A DNA stretch of 64,000 bases, taken from positions 352,001-416,000 of the forward strand of contig JBGARZ010000003.1 of assembly GCA_044229975.1 (NCBI GenBank), in the 5' to 3' direction. A model generated the notes under the pieces. The model saw nothing but the letters and a program-made list of their open reading frames with translations. It was not told the origin of the DNA and did not search any database. Numbering within the stretch: the stretch's first letter is position 1; every line of letters starts with the position of its first letter. The stretch is from Polyangiales bacterium. GTDB lineage: Bacteria > Myxococcota_A > Polyangia > Polyangiales > Ga0077539. Position numbers and translations under genes: made by a program. Positions 52,070 through 61,225 of the stretch are shown piece after piece.

Positions 52070-52573
52070 TCACGCGTCTTCCATCGGACGCGCGTTGCCC
52101 TTGAGCGCGTTGAGCAGCGCCTCGGCCTCGAAGCGGTCTTCGGCCGACGGTCGCCCCTTCACGAACCTCTCCAGGTACGCGATGGCCACCGCCTTGCGGC
52201 CCGTCTCGGCGTTGGCCACGCCCAGCAGGTGCAGCGTGTCGTCGTCGTTGGGGCTGATCTCCAGCGCGCGGTCGCCCGCGTCGATGGCCTCCTCGAAGCG
52301 GCCCAGTTCGTACAGGCACCACCCGCGATAGACGTGCGCCCCGAGGTGCTGCGGGTCGCGGTGCACCGCCTCGGAAAACGCCGCCAGCGCCGCGCCCGCC
52401 TTCTCGCGCCGCATCAGCGCGAGGCCCAGGTAGTAGTGCGCGTGCACGTTGCCCTCGTCGGCCAGCAGCACCTCGCGCAGCCCGCGCAGCGCGCCGTCCA
52501 CGTCGTCTTCGTGGAGAAGCTCGATCGACTCCTCGACGGCCGCCCAGCGTGCCTCATCGGTCCGTTGCACCAT
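52070..52573 (-). CDS. Tetratricopeptide repeat protein
   Basis: AHYYLGLAL, AHVYRGWCLYELGRFEEA, TLHLLGVA. Confidence 0.8.
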   Translation of the reverse strand: MVQRTDEARWAAVEESIELLHEDDVDGALRGLREVLLADEGNVHAHYYLGLALMRREKAGAALAAFSEAVHRDPQHLGAHVYRGWCLYELGRFEEAIDAGDRALEISPNDDDTLHLLGVANAETGRKAVAIAYLERFVKGRPSAEDRFEAEALLNALKGNARPMEDA

Positions 52574-52586
52574 CCCTCGTCTCCTC

Positions 52587-53987
52587 TCAGCTCTTGCGCT
52601 CATCGTCGTCGTCGGCCTGCGCCTCGCCCAGCCACCGTTGGATGGTGCGGCGGTCGACCCCGAGCAGCCGGGCCGTGCGCTTCTTGTTGTTGCCCGTGCG
52701 CTCCAGCACCCGGTGCACGTAGGCCATGGTCAGCTCGTCGAGGGTCATCTCGCGCTCGGCCGCGGTCGTCAGGAAGTCCGGCGCCGCGGGGTGCGCGAGC
52801 GACGCCGGCAGATCGTCGGGCGAGACCCACTCCTCGCGGGCCAGGGCCACCGCGCGCTCCACGGCGTTCTCGAGCTCGCGCACGTTTCCGGGCCAGTGAT
52901 AGGCCTCCATCATCCGCAGGGCCGCGCCCGAGAAGCCCCGCAGCGAGCGGCCCGACCGCGCCGCCACCCGCCGCAGGAAGTGCTCCGCCAGCGGCACCAC
53001 GTCCTCGGGCCGATCGCGCAACGGCGGAACCCCGATGTCGATCACCGCGAGCCGGTAGAAGAGGTCGGCCCGGAAGCGCCCGTCGGCCACCGCCTTGCGC
53101 AGGTCGTGGTGCGTCGCGGTGACCACCCGCGCGTCGAAGCGCTCCAGCTTCGTCCCTCCAACGGGACGCACCTCGCGCTCGGCCAGCGCCCGCAGGAGCT
53201 TCGTCTGGAGCGACAGCGGCAGGTCACCGATCTCATCGAGGAAGACCGTTCCGCCCTGCGCCTCGCGCAATAGACCGGGTCGGTCGACCTTGGCGTCGGT
53301 GAAGGCGCCGCGCACCACGCCGAAGAGCTCGCTCTCCAGCAGCGTGTCGGGAATCGCCGCGCAGTTGATCGGGACGAAGGGACCCGCCGACCGCCGGCTC
53401 TCGGCGTGCAGCGCCCGCGCGATGAGCTCCTTGCCGCAGCCGCTCGGCCCCGTGACGAGCACGTTGGCCAGCGTGTCCGCCACGCGCTTCACCAGGTCGG
53501 AGATCTCCGCGAGCGCGTTGCTGCGACCGACCATTCCGCCGACGAGAAAGCGCGCCTCGCCCACCTCGCTGCGCAGCCGACGCACCTCCGAGCGCAGCGC
53601 CGTGGCCTCCAGCGCGCGGTCGACCGCCACGCGCAGCGTCTGCGGCTCGAAGGGCTTGGTCACGAAGTCGTAGGCGCCCAGGCGCAGCGCGCGCACCGCC
53701 GTCTCGATGCTGCCGAAGGCCGTGATGGCGATGACCGACACCCGCGGGTCGAAGGCGCGCACCCGCTCGATGAGCTCGAAGCCGTCCATGCCGACCATGT
53801 TCATGTCGGTGACCACGAGGTCGGGCGCGCGCTCCTCCACCGCCGCCAGCGCCGACGCGCCGTCGTTGAACACCGTCACCTGATGCCCGGCCGCCGTGAG
53901 CAGCTCTTGCAGGAAGGCCGCGAGGTCGGCGTCGTCGTCGACCACGAAGAGGCGCCCGCGCGGGGGCTTCGGCACCGGGTTGGGCAT
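52587..53987 (-). CDS. Sigma-54-dependent response regulator (NtrC family)
   Basis: Receiver VVDDD/TDMNM/KPF; GPSGCGKE, ESELFG, GAFTDA, LDEIGD, WPGNVRELEN; C-terminal Fis-type HTH. Confidence 0.93.
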   Translation of the reverse strand: MPNPVPKPPRGRLFVVDDDADLAAFLQELLTAAGHQVTVFNDGASALAAVEERAPDLVVTDMNMVGMDGFELIERVRAFDPRVSVIAITAFGSIETAVRALRLGAYDFVTKPFEPQTLRVAVDRALEATALRSEVRRLRSEVGEARFLVGGMVGRSNALAEISDLVKRVADTLANVLVTGPSGCGKELIARALHAESRRSAGPFVPINCAAIPDTLLESELFGVVRGAFTDAKVDRPGLLREAQGGTVFLDEIGDLPLSLQTKLLRALAEREVRPVGGTKLERFDARVVTATHHDLRKAVADGRFRADLFYRLAVIDIGVPPLRDRPEDVVPLAEHFLRRVAARSGRSLRGFSGAALRMMEAYHWPGNVRELENAVERAVALAREEWVSPDDLPASLAHPAAPDFLTTAAEREMTLDELTMAYVHRVLERTGNNKKRTARLLGVDRRTIQRWLGEAQADDDDERKS

Positions 53988-53998
53988 GTCAGTGTTCC

Positions 53999-55477
53999 TT
54001 AGGTGGTGACGTGGGAGGGCACGTCGTCGGTCGCGGGCAACCATACCGTGAACAGCGCCCCGGGCAGGTCGCTCGACGCGTCGCCCTGGTCGACCACCAC
54101 GCGCCCACCGAGCGCCTTCACGATGCCTGCGACGACCGCGAGCCCGAGGCCCGTCCCGCCCTCCCCCAGGCGCGTGGAGAAGAACGGATCGAACACCTTG
54201 CCGCGCACGGCCTCGGCGACGCCGGGCCCCGCGTCCTGCACCACGGCCGTCACGCCCGCGTCCGCGCGTCGCACCGCCACGTGTAGCCTTCCCCCCGCGG
54301 GCTGCGCCTGCACCCCATTGAGGCAGAGGTTGAAGAGCACCTGAAACACCTGGTCGCGCGGCGCCCCGACCATGAACCGCCCACCCTCCGGGACGTCCAC
54401 CGTCGCCCGCACCTTCGCGCGACGGCACTCCTGCCCGAGAAACCCGACGACCTCCTTGGCCACCGCGCCGAGGTCGCACTGCGCCACCACGCCCGTCGGC
54501 GTCGGCCGCGTCAGCGAGAGAAACTGCGACATCACCCGCGCGATGCGCTCGCTCTGCGTCGCGATGCTCTGCAAGCTCGCCCGCAGGTCGTCGGGAATGT
54601 CCTCGCGCTCCGCCGCCACGCGCGCCCTCCCGAGGATCACGTTGAGCGGCGACCCGATCTCATGGGCCAGCGTCGCCGCCACCTGGCCGGCCACCGCGAG
54701 CATCTGCGCGCGGTGCAGCTCGACCTCCACCTTCGCCCGCGCGGCCTCCTCGCCCGCGAGGCTCTCCTGCGCGCCCTTGAGCGACCGCGTCAGCGCGTTG
54801 AAGGCATCACCCAGCCGCCGCAGCTCGTCCCTCTCGGCCGTCACCACGGTCTCCAGGTCGCCGCCCGCGACCCGCGTCACGCCGTCGACGAAGCGCTCGA
54901 CGGGCTCGGTCATCGAGCGCGCGATACGCGCCGCGAGCAGCGCCAGCACCGCCGTGAGCACGCCCGCCACGGTGGCGAGCTGGAGTCCCCACGCGCGCAG
55001 CGCGGCGCGCAGGTAGCCGAGGTCGCGCATCACCACCATCGCCCCGATGGGCGTCGCCTGCGACGACCGCACCAGCTCCACCCTCACCAGGATCTCCTGG
55101 CCTCCGAGCACCCGCGTCTGCTGCCGGTCGGTGCGCGCGCGAAAGGCCTCGCGCACCATCTGGCGGAGGGCCAGACGTTGCTGGTTGGCGACCCGCGAGC
55201 CACCGAGCCACTGCCCGTCCGTGTCGTAGATGCCCACTCCGAGCACACCCGTGTCGTGCGTGAGGCGCTCGGCGAGCGCCCGCAGCTCCGACATCGAGAC
55301 GTCCACCGGGAGCGCCGTCATCGCCTCGCCCAGCAGCGTGGCCGTCTCGCGCACCTCGGCCTCGACCTCGACGAGCATCTCCTGCCGGTGGAAGCGCGCT
55401 CCGAGCACGCCGTACACGCCCAGGCACACCACCACGGGGGCGGTGAGCATGAGCCAGTAGCGGTCGACGAGGCGCAT
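53999..55477 (-). CDS. HAMP-domain sensor histidine kinase
   Basis: LAHEIGSPLN, QVLFNLCLNG, DAGPG, FDPFFSTR, GTGLGL. Confidence 0.92.
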   Translation of the reverse strand: MRLVDRYWLMLTAPVVVCLGVYGVLGARFHRQEMLVEVEAEVRETATLLGEAMTALPVDVSMSELRALAERLTHDTGVLGVGIYDTDGQWLGGSRVANQQRLALRQMVREAFRARTDRQQTRVLGGQEILVRVELVRSSQATPIGAMVVMRDLGYLRAALRAWGLQLATVAGVLTAVLALLAARIARSMTEPVERFVDGVTRVAGGDLETVVTAERDELRRLGDAFNALTRSLKGAQESLAGEEAARAKVEVELHRAQMLAVAGQVAATLAHEIGSPLNVILGRARVAAEREDIPDDLRASLQSIATQSERIARVMSQFLSLTRPTPTGVVAQCDLGAVAKEVVGFLGQECRRAKVRATVDVPEGGRFMVGAPRDQVFQVLFNLCLNGVQAQPAGGRLHVAVRRADAGVTAVVQDAGPGVAEAVRGKVFDPFFSTRLGEGGTGLGLAVVAGIVKALGGRVVVDQGDASSDLPGALFTVWLPATDDVPSHVTT

Positions 55478-55526
55478 CGGGTGGTCGCCGTCGTAGCAGA
55501 GACGCGGCCCCGGTGGGGTGCGACGG

Positions 55527-57080
55527 TCAGCGGTGGACGCGGAGCACGTAGCGGAGGCGCACCTGGCTCTCCTTGTAGAGCAGGTACTCCGACTGGGTGA
55601 AGGTGCTCTTGGCGTATTGCGACTGCTTGATGGGCTTGCCCTGCGGGACGACGATCTTCTTGCCGTCGATGGTGATGGTGATGTCGTCCTTGGGGTCGGG
55701 CTCGGTGTGGCCGCGGGCGACGATGCAGTCGAAGCCCTTGGGCGCTTCCTTGAGCGACGAGTCGTCGCGCACGATGGTGTGCTCCTTCCCGAGCGCCGCC
55801 TCCGCCAGGAACATCACGCCCGTGCTGCCGGCCCAGCCCACGTAGTTGACGGACTTGCCGTTCTCCGAGGCGAGGTAGATGCCCTTGCCGACGCGTCCGC
55901 CCGAGTGCGGCATGATGCGCAGGCCCGACCCGAGGATGGCGGCCACCACGGCGACGTTGGTGCCGTGCCAGAGCAGCTTGCGCTCGCCGATGGTGTCGTG
56001 GGCCTTGAACCGGTCGCCCTCACCGTGGCGGTTGAGGCGAAACACATCCACCAGCTTGAGGTTGTAGTAGCTGGCCCCGGTGGCCTGCATGTACTTGAGG
56101 ATCCAGGCGTACTCGTCCGAGGTCGGGTCGATGTACTCGAGGTCGGCCTTGATCTTCTTGTAGTTCTCGTCGGCGGGGTGGGGCACCGCCTCGGGCTCGG
56201 GCCCGGCCGCGGCGGCCTGCTCCATGCTCAACGCGATCTCGATGTCGTTGAGCACGTTGAGCATCTCCACCTTCTTGTGGAGCAGCTCCGGGGTGTTGAT
56301 GGGCGGCGGAATCCGTCGGCCGAAGCTGTGCGGGATGAGCGTGTAGAACTTCGACGAGACCGTGTTGATGAGGTTGGCGTTGTTGGCGTTGATCGCCTGC
56401 TCCAACTCTTCGAGGACGTCGTAGCCCTTCTTCACCTGCGACTTGGAGATCTGCCCGAGGGGCATCTTCTTCACGTCGATGTCGAAGGACGCCATCGCGC
56501 CCTTGAACATGTCCTGGTCGAAGATGAGCTGCATGAAGTTCTGGACGGACTGGTGCAGCGCGCTCGGGAGGAGCTTCTTGGTCACCTTCGGCTGAAGCGA
56601 CGCAGCCGCCTTGTCGATGGCCTTGAGCTTCTCCTCGACCTCGGCGGCCTTCGCGGTGTCGGCCGAGCGCTCGATCTCGATGAGCGCGTACTTGCCCGCC
56701 TTGGCGACGAAGTTCTTGCGGTTCGCCCAGGCGTTGCCGGACTTGTCCTTGAACTTCGACTCGAAGTCCGAGATGGCGCTCGCCGCCGCCGGGTACGGCC
56801 CCTTGAGCGCCGTCTGCCCGACCTCGCCCACGCGCCCCCAGCGGTTCCACGCGTAGAACTTCCCGCCCGACTCCAGCACCTGGATCACATAGAACTTGTT
56901 GTTGTTGGCGCCGATGTTCGTCTGGTTGAGCATGGCGTCGTAGTCCTCGTGGACCGTCGCCTTGCTCTTCAGGGGGCAGTTGTCATCGACCGGGATGTTG
57001 ACCGCTCCTGCCGCGGGCGCGGCCGGGGTCGCAGCCGCCGCAGGGGTCGCCGTCGTCGTCGTCGTCTTCGCCTTCGCCAT
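55527..57080 (-). CDS. PARP3-like ADP-ribosyltransferase (WGR + PARP regulatory + PARP catalytic domains)
   Basis: WGR: LNQTNIGANNNKFYVIQ...WGRVG...FKDKSGNAW; regulatory: KMPLGQISK, FYTLIPHSFG; catalytic: LLWHGT, GKGIYLA, SEYLLY (H-Y-E). Confidence 0.92.
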   Translation of the reverse strand: MAKAKTTTTTATPAAAATPAAPAAGAVNIPVDDNCPLKSKATVHEDYDAMLNQTNIGANNNKFYVIQVLESGGKFYAWNRWGRVGEVGQTALKGPYPAAASAISDFESKFKDKSGNAWANRKNFVAKAGKYALIEIERSADTAKAAEVEEKLKAIDKAAASLQPKVTKKLLPSALHQSVQNFMQLIFDQDMFKGAMASFDIDVKKMPLGQISKSQVKKGYDVLEELEQAINANNANLINTVSSKFYTLIPHSFGRRIPPPINTPELLHKKVEMLNVLNDIEIALSMEQAAAAGPEPEAVPHPADENYKKIKADLEYIDPTSDEYAWILKYMQATGASYYNLKLVDVFRLNRHGEGDRFKAHDTIGERKLLWHGTNVAVVAAILGSGLRIMPHSGGRVGKGIYLASENGKSVNYVGWAGSTGVMFLAEAALGKEHTIVRDDSSLKEAPKGFDCIVARGHTEPDPKDDITITIDGKKIVVPQGKPIKQSQYAKSTFTQSEYLLYKESQVRLRYVLRVHR

Positions 57081-57168
57081 GGCCTCGCCTTTCACTCCGG
57101 CGCGGTCCGTCCACCGCGCACCATTGGGCGTCGGGTTGTACATCCTCCCGCGCCCCGAACGGAACCCG

Positions 57169-58641
57169 CTATGTGCGCGGCCCTCGGCCGCCGACACGCC
57201 ACACCGCGACGAGCCCGACGGAGAGCGCCACCGCCGCCGCCCACCACAGGCCCTTGCCCTGTGACGCAGGCGCCGGGGTCGTCGGAGCCGCCGCCGCGCG
57301 CGCTGTCCCCGCATCCGCGGGCGCCTCTTCGATGGACGGGATGTCGTGCCCCACGGGCGTCGGCGCAGGCGCCGCTGGAGGCGTCGCCGCCGGGCCAGTC
57401 GTATCGACGCCCTCGCAGGTGTGGGCGCAGCGCGCGACGCCACCATCGGGCTGCTGCACGGTGCCGCAGCGATCGTCGGCCAGGCCCCACCGCGCGAGGC
57501 CGCCCGGCGCCGCGAGGTCGACCTGTCGGTTGCCGCACAGGGTGTTGGAGCGCAGCGCCGCCGTCACGCACCGAGCGCCCCGCGCGTATCCGACCCGCGC
57601 CGCCGCACGGCAGTCCTGCGCGAACGACACCACCTGGGCCTGGCTGTTGACCTGTCGGTCGATGGCGAGCTCACGTTCGCCCTCGCGGCGCTTCCACACC
57701 TGGCCCGTCGCGGGACAGGCATAGTTGGGAACGCACCCCGGAATCCCGAGCGCTCCCATCACGTCAGGCCCGCAGTGCCGCAGGTACGCGTCGAAGCGCA
57801 CCTGCGCGGGGCTCCCCTCGGCGCCCGACGGTCGCGCCTCGATGACCGCACCCTGCCTGCGCTCGTCGGCGAGCCAGCTCTCGTGCACGAGGCACCCGCC
57901 GCACCCCGACGAGTAGAGCATCAGCGTCCCGGCGGCGACGCCCGCGGGCGGCGGCGTGCACGAGCAGTCGTCCCACGGCCCGCCCTGCGCGCCGGCCCCC
58001 GTCGCGCGAACGTCCCCGAGCAGCACACCCTGGTCGTTGCCCGACACCGTGTTGCCGATGAACACCGGCATCGCATCGCACGCCGCCACGCCGACACCGC
58101 CGCCCGTGATGTCCGACCGGACGATCACCACACCGGGGTTGGTGATGCCCGACGGCGCCGCGCAGCGACCCGCCTCGTCGGCGCCCAGCGAGACGCCCAC
58201 GCGGTTGCGCGAGAGTGACGCGCGCACGACGCGGAGGTTGCTCGACGCCTCGGCCCGGATGCCGGTTCGGGCGTCGTTGACCACGTCGGCGAAGAGCGTC
58301 GCGCCGCGGGCGTTGGCTACGCGAATGCCGACGCCGCCCTCCTGCACATGGACGTTGCGGACGAGCACGTCGTCGGCCGCCACCTCGACGCCCACGGCCG
58401 CACCACGCAGCGTGTGCCGCATCCCATCGAAGGTCGCGCCCCGGCCCGTGATGCGAATGCAGGTGGTCGCGCGGGTCGCGTCGATGTCGCCGGCGAGCAC
58501 GGCGCTCGCCCCCGCCGTCGCCAGGGCCGTCGTGCACGACTCGCAGGAGTCACACTGCCCACCCGGAACCTGCGCGCCCGCCATCGCGGGCATCGTCGCG
58601 AGCGCGAGGAGGGTGGCGATGAATGCGAGGTGGGCGTTCAT
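57169..58641 (-). CDS. Secreted right-handed beta-helix (NosD/pectin-lyase-like) protein with C-terminal TM anchor
   Basis: Signal peptide; TCIRITG.GATFDG..HTLRG, repeated G[VI].[VL] strands with N ladders; ATG overlaps the purD stop. Confidence 0.7.
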   Translation of the reverse strand: MNAHLAFIATLLALATMPAMAGAQVPGGQCDSCESCTTALATAGASAVLAGDIDATRATTCIRITGRGATFDGMRHTLRGAAVGVEVAADDVLVRNVHVQEGGVGIRVANARGATLFADVVNDARTGIRAEASSNLRVVRASLSRNRVGVSLGADEAGRCAAPSGITNPGVVIVRSDITGGGVGVAACDAMPVFIGNTVSGNDQGVLLGDVRATGAGAQGGPWDDCSCTPPPAGVAAGTLMLYSSGCGGCLVHESWLADERRQGAVIEARPSGAEGSPAQVRFDAYLRHCGPDVMGALGIPGCVPNYACPATGQVWKRREGERELAIDRQVNSQAQVVSFAQDCRAAARVGYARGARCVTAALRSNTLCGNRQVDLAAPGGLARWGLADDRCGTVQQPDGGVARCAHTCEGVDTTGPAATPPAAPAPTPVGHDIPSIEEAPADAGTARAAAAPTTPAPASQGKGLWWAAAVALSVGLVAVWRVGGRGPRT

Positions 58642-59900
58642 GAGGGCTCCCAGGTTCCGACATCGCGGCGGTAGCGACCGCGGGGCCAGTCGATGGTGGC
58701 GACGGCGGCGTAGGCACGGCGCGCGGCCTCGGCGAGCGACGGCGCGAGCGCGACCACGTTGAGCACGCGGCCACCCGACGAGCGCAGCACCCCGGCGTCG
58801 TCGTGAGCGGTCCCGGCGTGGAAGACCTCGACGCCGAGCGCCTTCGCACGCTCGATGCCGCTGATGCGGTCGCCCGTCACGGGTCGGTCGGGGTAGCCCG
58901 GCGCGGTCATCACCACGCAGACCGCGCTGCCCGGTCGCGGCGGCCGCGGGGTCTGTGCAACGGCTCCGCCCGCCACGCCGACGATGGCGTCGAGGAGCCC
59001 TTGCCCCTGAGCCATCATCAACGCCTGACACTCGGGGTCACCGAAGCGCGCGTTGTATTCGAGCAGCATCGGTCCGTCCTTGGTGAGCATCACGCCCGCG
59101 TAGAGCACGCCGCGAAAGGGGCACCCCTCGGACTTCATCGCGTCGACGGTGGGGCCGACGATGGTCGCCATGATCTGCTCGATCAGCGCGGGCGTTTCCA
59201 GCGGGTGCGGGGTGATGGCGCCCATGCCCCCGGTGTTGGGTCCGGTGTTGCCGTCGCCGACGCGCTTGTAGTCCATGGCCGTCGCGTAGAAGCGCGCCGT
59301 GTCGCCGTCGGAGAGCGCGAAGAGGCTCATCTCGGGCCCCACGAGGAAGTCTTCGATCACCACGCTGCGCCCCGCCTCGCCGAAGCGCCCGGCGCGGAGC
59401 GCGTCGTCCACGGCCGCGAGCGCGTCGTCCACGGTCTCGGCGACGGTGACCCCCTTGCCCGCGGCGAGCCCGTCGGCCTTCACCACGACGGGTGCGCCGT
59501 GCGCTCGCACGAAGGCGCTCGCCTCATCGGCGTCGGTGAAGCGACGGTAGGCCGCCGTCGGGATGCCGTACTTCGCGCACAGGTCCTTCAAGAAGCCCTT
59601 GGAGCCCTCCAGGCGGGCGGCCGCCGCGCTCGGGCCGAACACCGGGATACCCAGTGCGGTAAGCCGATCGGCGAGCCCCGCGACGAGCGGCGCCTCGGGG
59701 CCCACCACGACGAGCGACATGCCCTTCGCGAGCGCGACGAGTCCGTCGACGTCGGTCGCCGCGACGGCGACGCAGCGCGCGACCTCGGCGATGCCCGGGT
59801 TGCCCGGCGCCACCACCAGCTCCTGCACCCGCGAGTCCCTGGAGAGCGCCCACGCGAGGGCATGCTCCCGACCACCACCACCGACCAGCAGTACTCTCAC
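58638..59900 (-). CDS. purD: Phosphoribosylamine--glycine ligase
   Basis: GGGGREHAL, VGPEAPL, LEGSK, KADGLAAGKGV, GPNTGGMGA, EYNARFGDPE, GGRVL. Confidence 0.97.
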   Translation of the reverse strand: MRVLLVGGGGREHALAWALSRDSRVQELVVAPGNPGIAEVARCVAVAATDVDGLVALAKGMSLVVVGPEAPLVAGLADRLTALGIPVFGPSAAAARLEGSKGFLKDLCAKYGIPTAAYRRFTDADEASAFVRAHGAPVVVKADGLAAGKGVTVAETVDDALAAVDDALRAGRFGEAGRSVVIEDFLVGPEMSLFALSDGDTARFYATAMDYKRVGDGNTGPNTGGMGAITPHPLETPALIEQIMATIVGPTVDAMKSEGCPFRGVLYAGVMLTKDGPMLLEYNARFGDPECQALMMAQGQGLLDAIVGVAGGAVAQTPRPPRPGSAVCVVMTAPGYPDRPVTGDRISGIERAKALGVEVFHAGTAHDDAGVLRSSGGRVLNVVALAPSLAEAARRAYAAVATIDWPRGRYRRDVGTWEPS

Positions 59901-59988
59901 GGGCCCTCGTTACCACTCTCCCCGCCGCGCGAGAACCGCAGTCTCGCTTGCGACCGCGCGACGACGCGCGCCATCATCGCCCCACCCC

Positions 59989-60366
59989 GTGCGGAACCGA
60001 CCGTCCCCGCTCCCCTTCTGGCTCCTCGCGCTCGCGGCCCTGCTGTTCGTCGCGCCCACCGCGCGCGCGACGCCGCTGCCGCCCACCGTCGCGCTCCTGG
60101 CGCAGCACACCGGCGGCAGCTTCGGGGGCTCCAACTGGGGTGGTGGTTCATCGAGCAGCTCGTCGTCGAGTTCGTCGTCGTCCGGCTCCTACTCCGGCGG
60201 CGGCTCTTCGTCGTCGGGCGGTTCGTCCTCCAACGACGCCGGAGCCATCTGGGCTCTCCTTGAACTCGTCATCTGGTGCTTCTCGGTGAGCCCCGTCCTC
60301 GGCTTCGCCGTGCTCGGTGTCGGCCTCGCCTTCCTGCTGTTCGTCCGCCTCACGAAGAACCGATGA
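59989..60366 (+). CDS. Small membrane protein with Gly/Ser-rich linker
   Basis: Signal-like N-terminus, GGSFGGSNWGGGSSSS..., C-terminal TM; stop overlaps the next ATG. Confidence 0.55.
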   Translation: MRNRPSPLPFWLLALAALLFVAPTARATPLPPTVALLAQHTGGSFGGSNWGGGSSSSSSSSSSSSGSYSGGGSSSSGGSSSNDAGAIWALLELVIWCFSVSPVLGFAVLGVGLAFLLFVRLTKNR

Positions 60367-60788
60367 CCTCCACCGCTCCCACCACCGCGCCCCATGAGTT
60401 CGACGCTGCCGACGACGCGGTCTTCCTCGCGCTCGCCGCCTCGGCCTCGCGGGTCGGTCTCGCCGGGTACGCTCTCGGCGCGACCCTCCTCGTCGCCGGT
60501 GTGTGTAGCCTCGTGCGACCACCCCCGCACCTCCCGCCCCACGCCGCGCCCGTCATCGCCGCCATCACCCTCCTCGGCGCCGTGCCCGCCGCGCTCTCGG
60601 CCCGTCAGCTCCGCGCGGCCGCCGAAAGTCTTCGCGCCGTGGCCCTCACCGCGGGCGATGACGTCGCCCACCTCATGGCCGCCGTCGACAGCCTCAAGCG
60701 CGCCTTCACCGCGCTCGTCGCCATGCTCGCGATCGACGCCGCGGGGCTCGCGGTCGTGGTCGCGGTGATGTTCCCGAGGGGAGGCTGA
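60363..60788 (+). CDS. Hypothetical membrane protein (paralogue of the next gene)
   Basis: HEFDAADDAVF... and AAESLRAVALTAGDDVAHLMAAVDSL. Confidence 0.7.
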   Translation: MTSTAPTTAPHEFDAADDAVFLALAASASRVGLAGYALGATLLVAGVCSLVRPPPHLPPHAAPVIAAITLLGAVPAALSARQLRAAAESLRAVALTAGDDVAHLMAAVDSLKRAFTALVAMLAIDAAGLAVVVAVMFPRGG

Positions 60789-60792
60789 GCCG

Positions 60793-61191
60793 ATGGCGTC
60801 GCACGAGTTCACCGCCGACGAGAACCGCTCCCTCGCCGCCCTCGCCCAGCGCCTCCGCTGGACCACCGCGCTGCTCTCGCTCCTCTCCCTGCTCGTCGTC
60901 GCGCTCTCGGGTCAGGCCTTCCACTCGCTCTGGTGGGCCGGTCGCGCGGGCGCCCGCTTCGGCATCCTCGGCGTCGCGGGCCTCACGCTCGCCATGGTGC
61001 TCGGTGTGCTCGCCCGCTGGATCCACCGCGCCGCCCGCTCCTTCGGCGCCGTCGTCGACACCGCGGGCGCCGACGTCGACCACGCCATGACCGCGGTGCG
61101 CGCCCTCCGCGCGTCCCTCCGCGTGCTCGAAGCCGCCGCCGTCGCGATCCTCGCGCTCACCCTCCTCGCCGCCATCGCCCATCTTCGCTGA
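60793..61191 (+). CDS. Hypothetical membrane protein (paralogue of the previous gene)
   Basis: HEFTADENRSL... and AARSFGAVVDTAGADVDHAMTAVRAL; GGAGG RBS. Confidence 0.7.
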   Translation: MASHEFTADENRSLAALAQRLRWTTALLSLLSLLVVALSGQAFHSLWWAGRAGARFGILGVAGLTLAMVLGVLARWIHRAARSFGAVVDTAGADVDHAMTAVRALRASLRVLEAAAVAILALTLLAAIAHLR

Positions 61192-61225
61192 CAACCATCG
61201 ACCTCGGCGCGCGTACACTCGCGCC

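Noticed and set aside
57081..57446. N-terminal extension of the PARP given by the ORF track
   Set aside because: It overlaps the upstream gene and is low-complexity; ATG 57080 has a purine-rich RBS and directly precedes the WGR region
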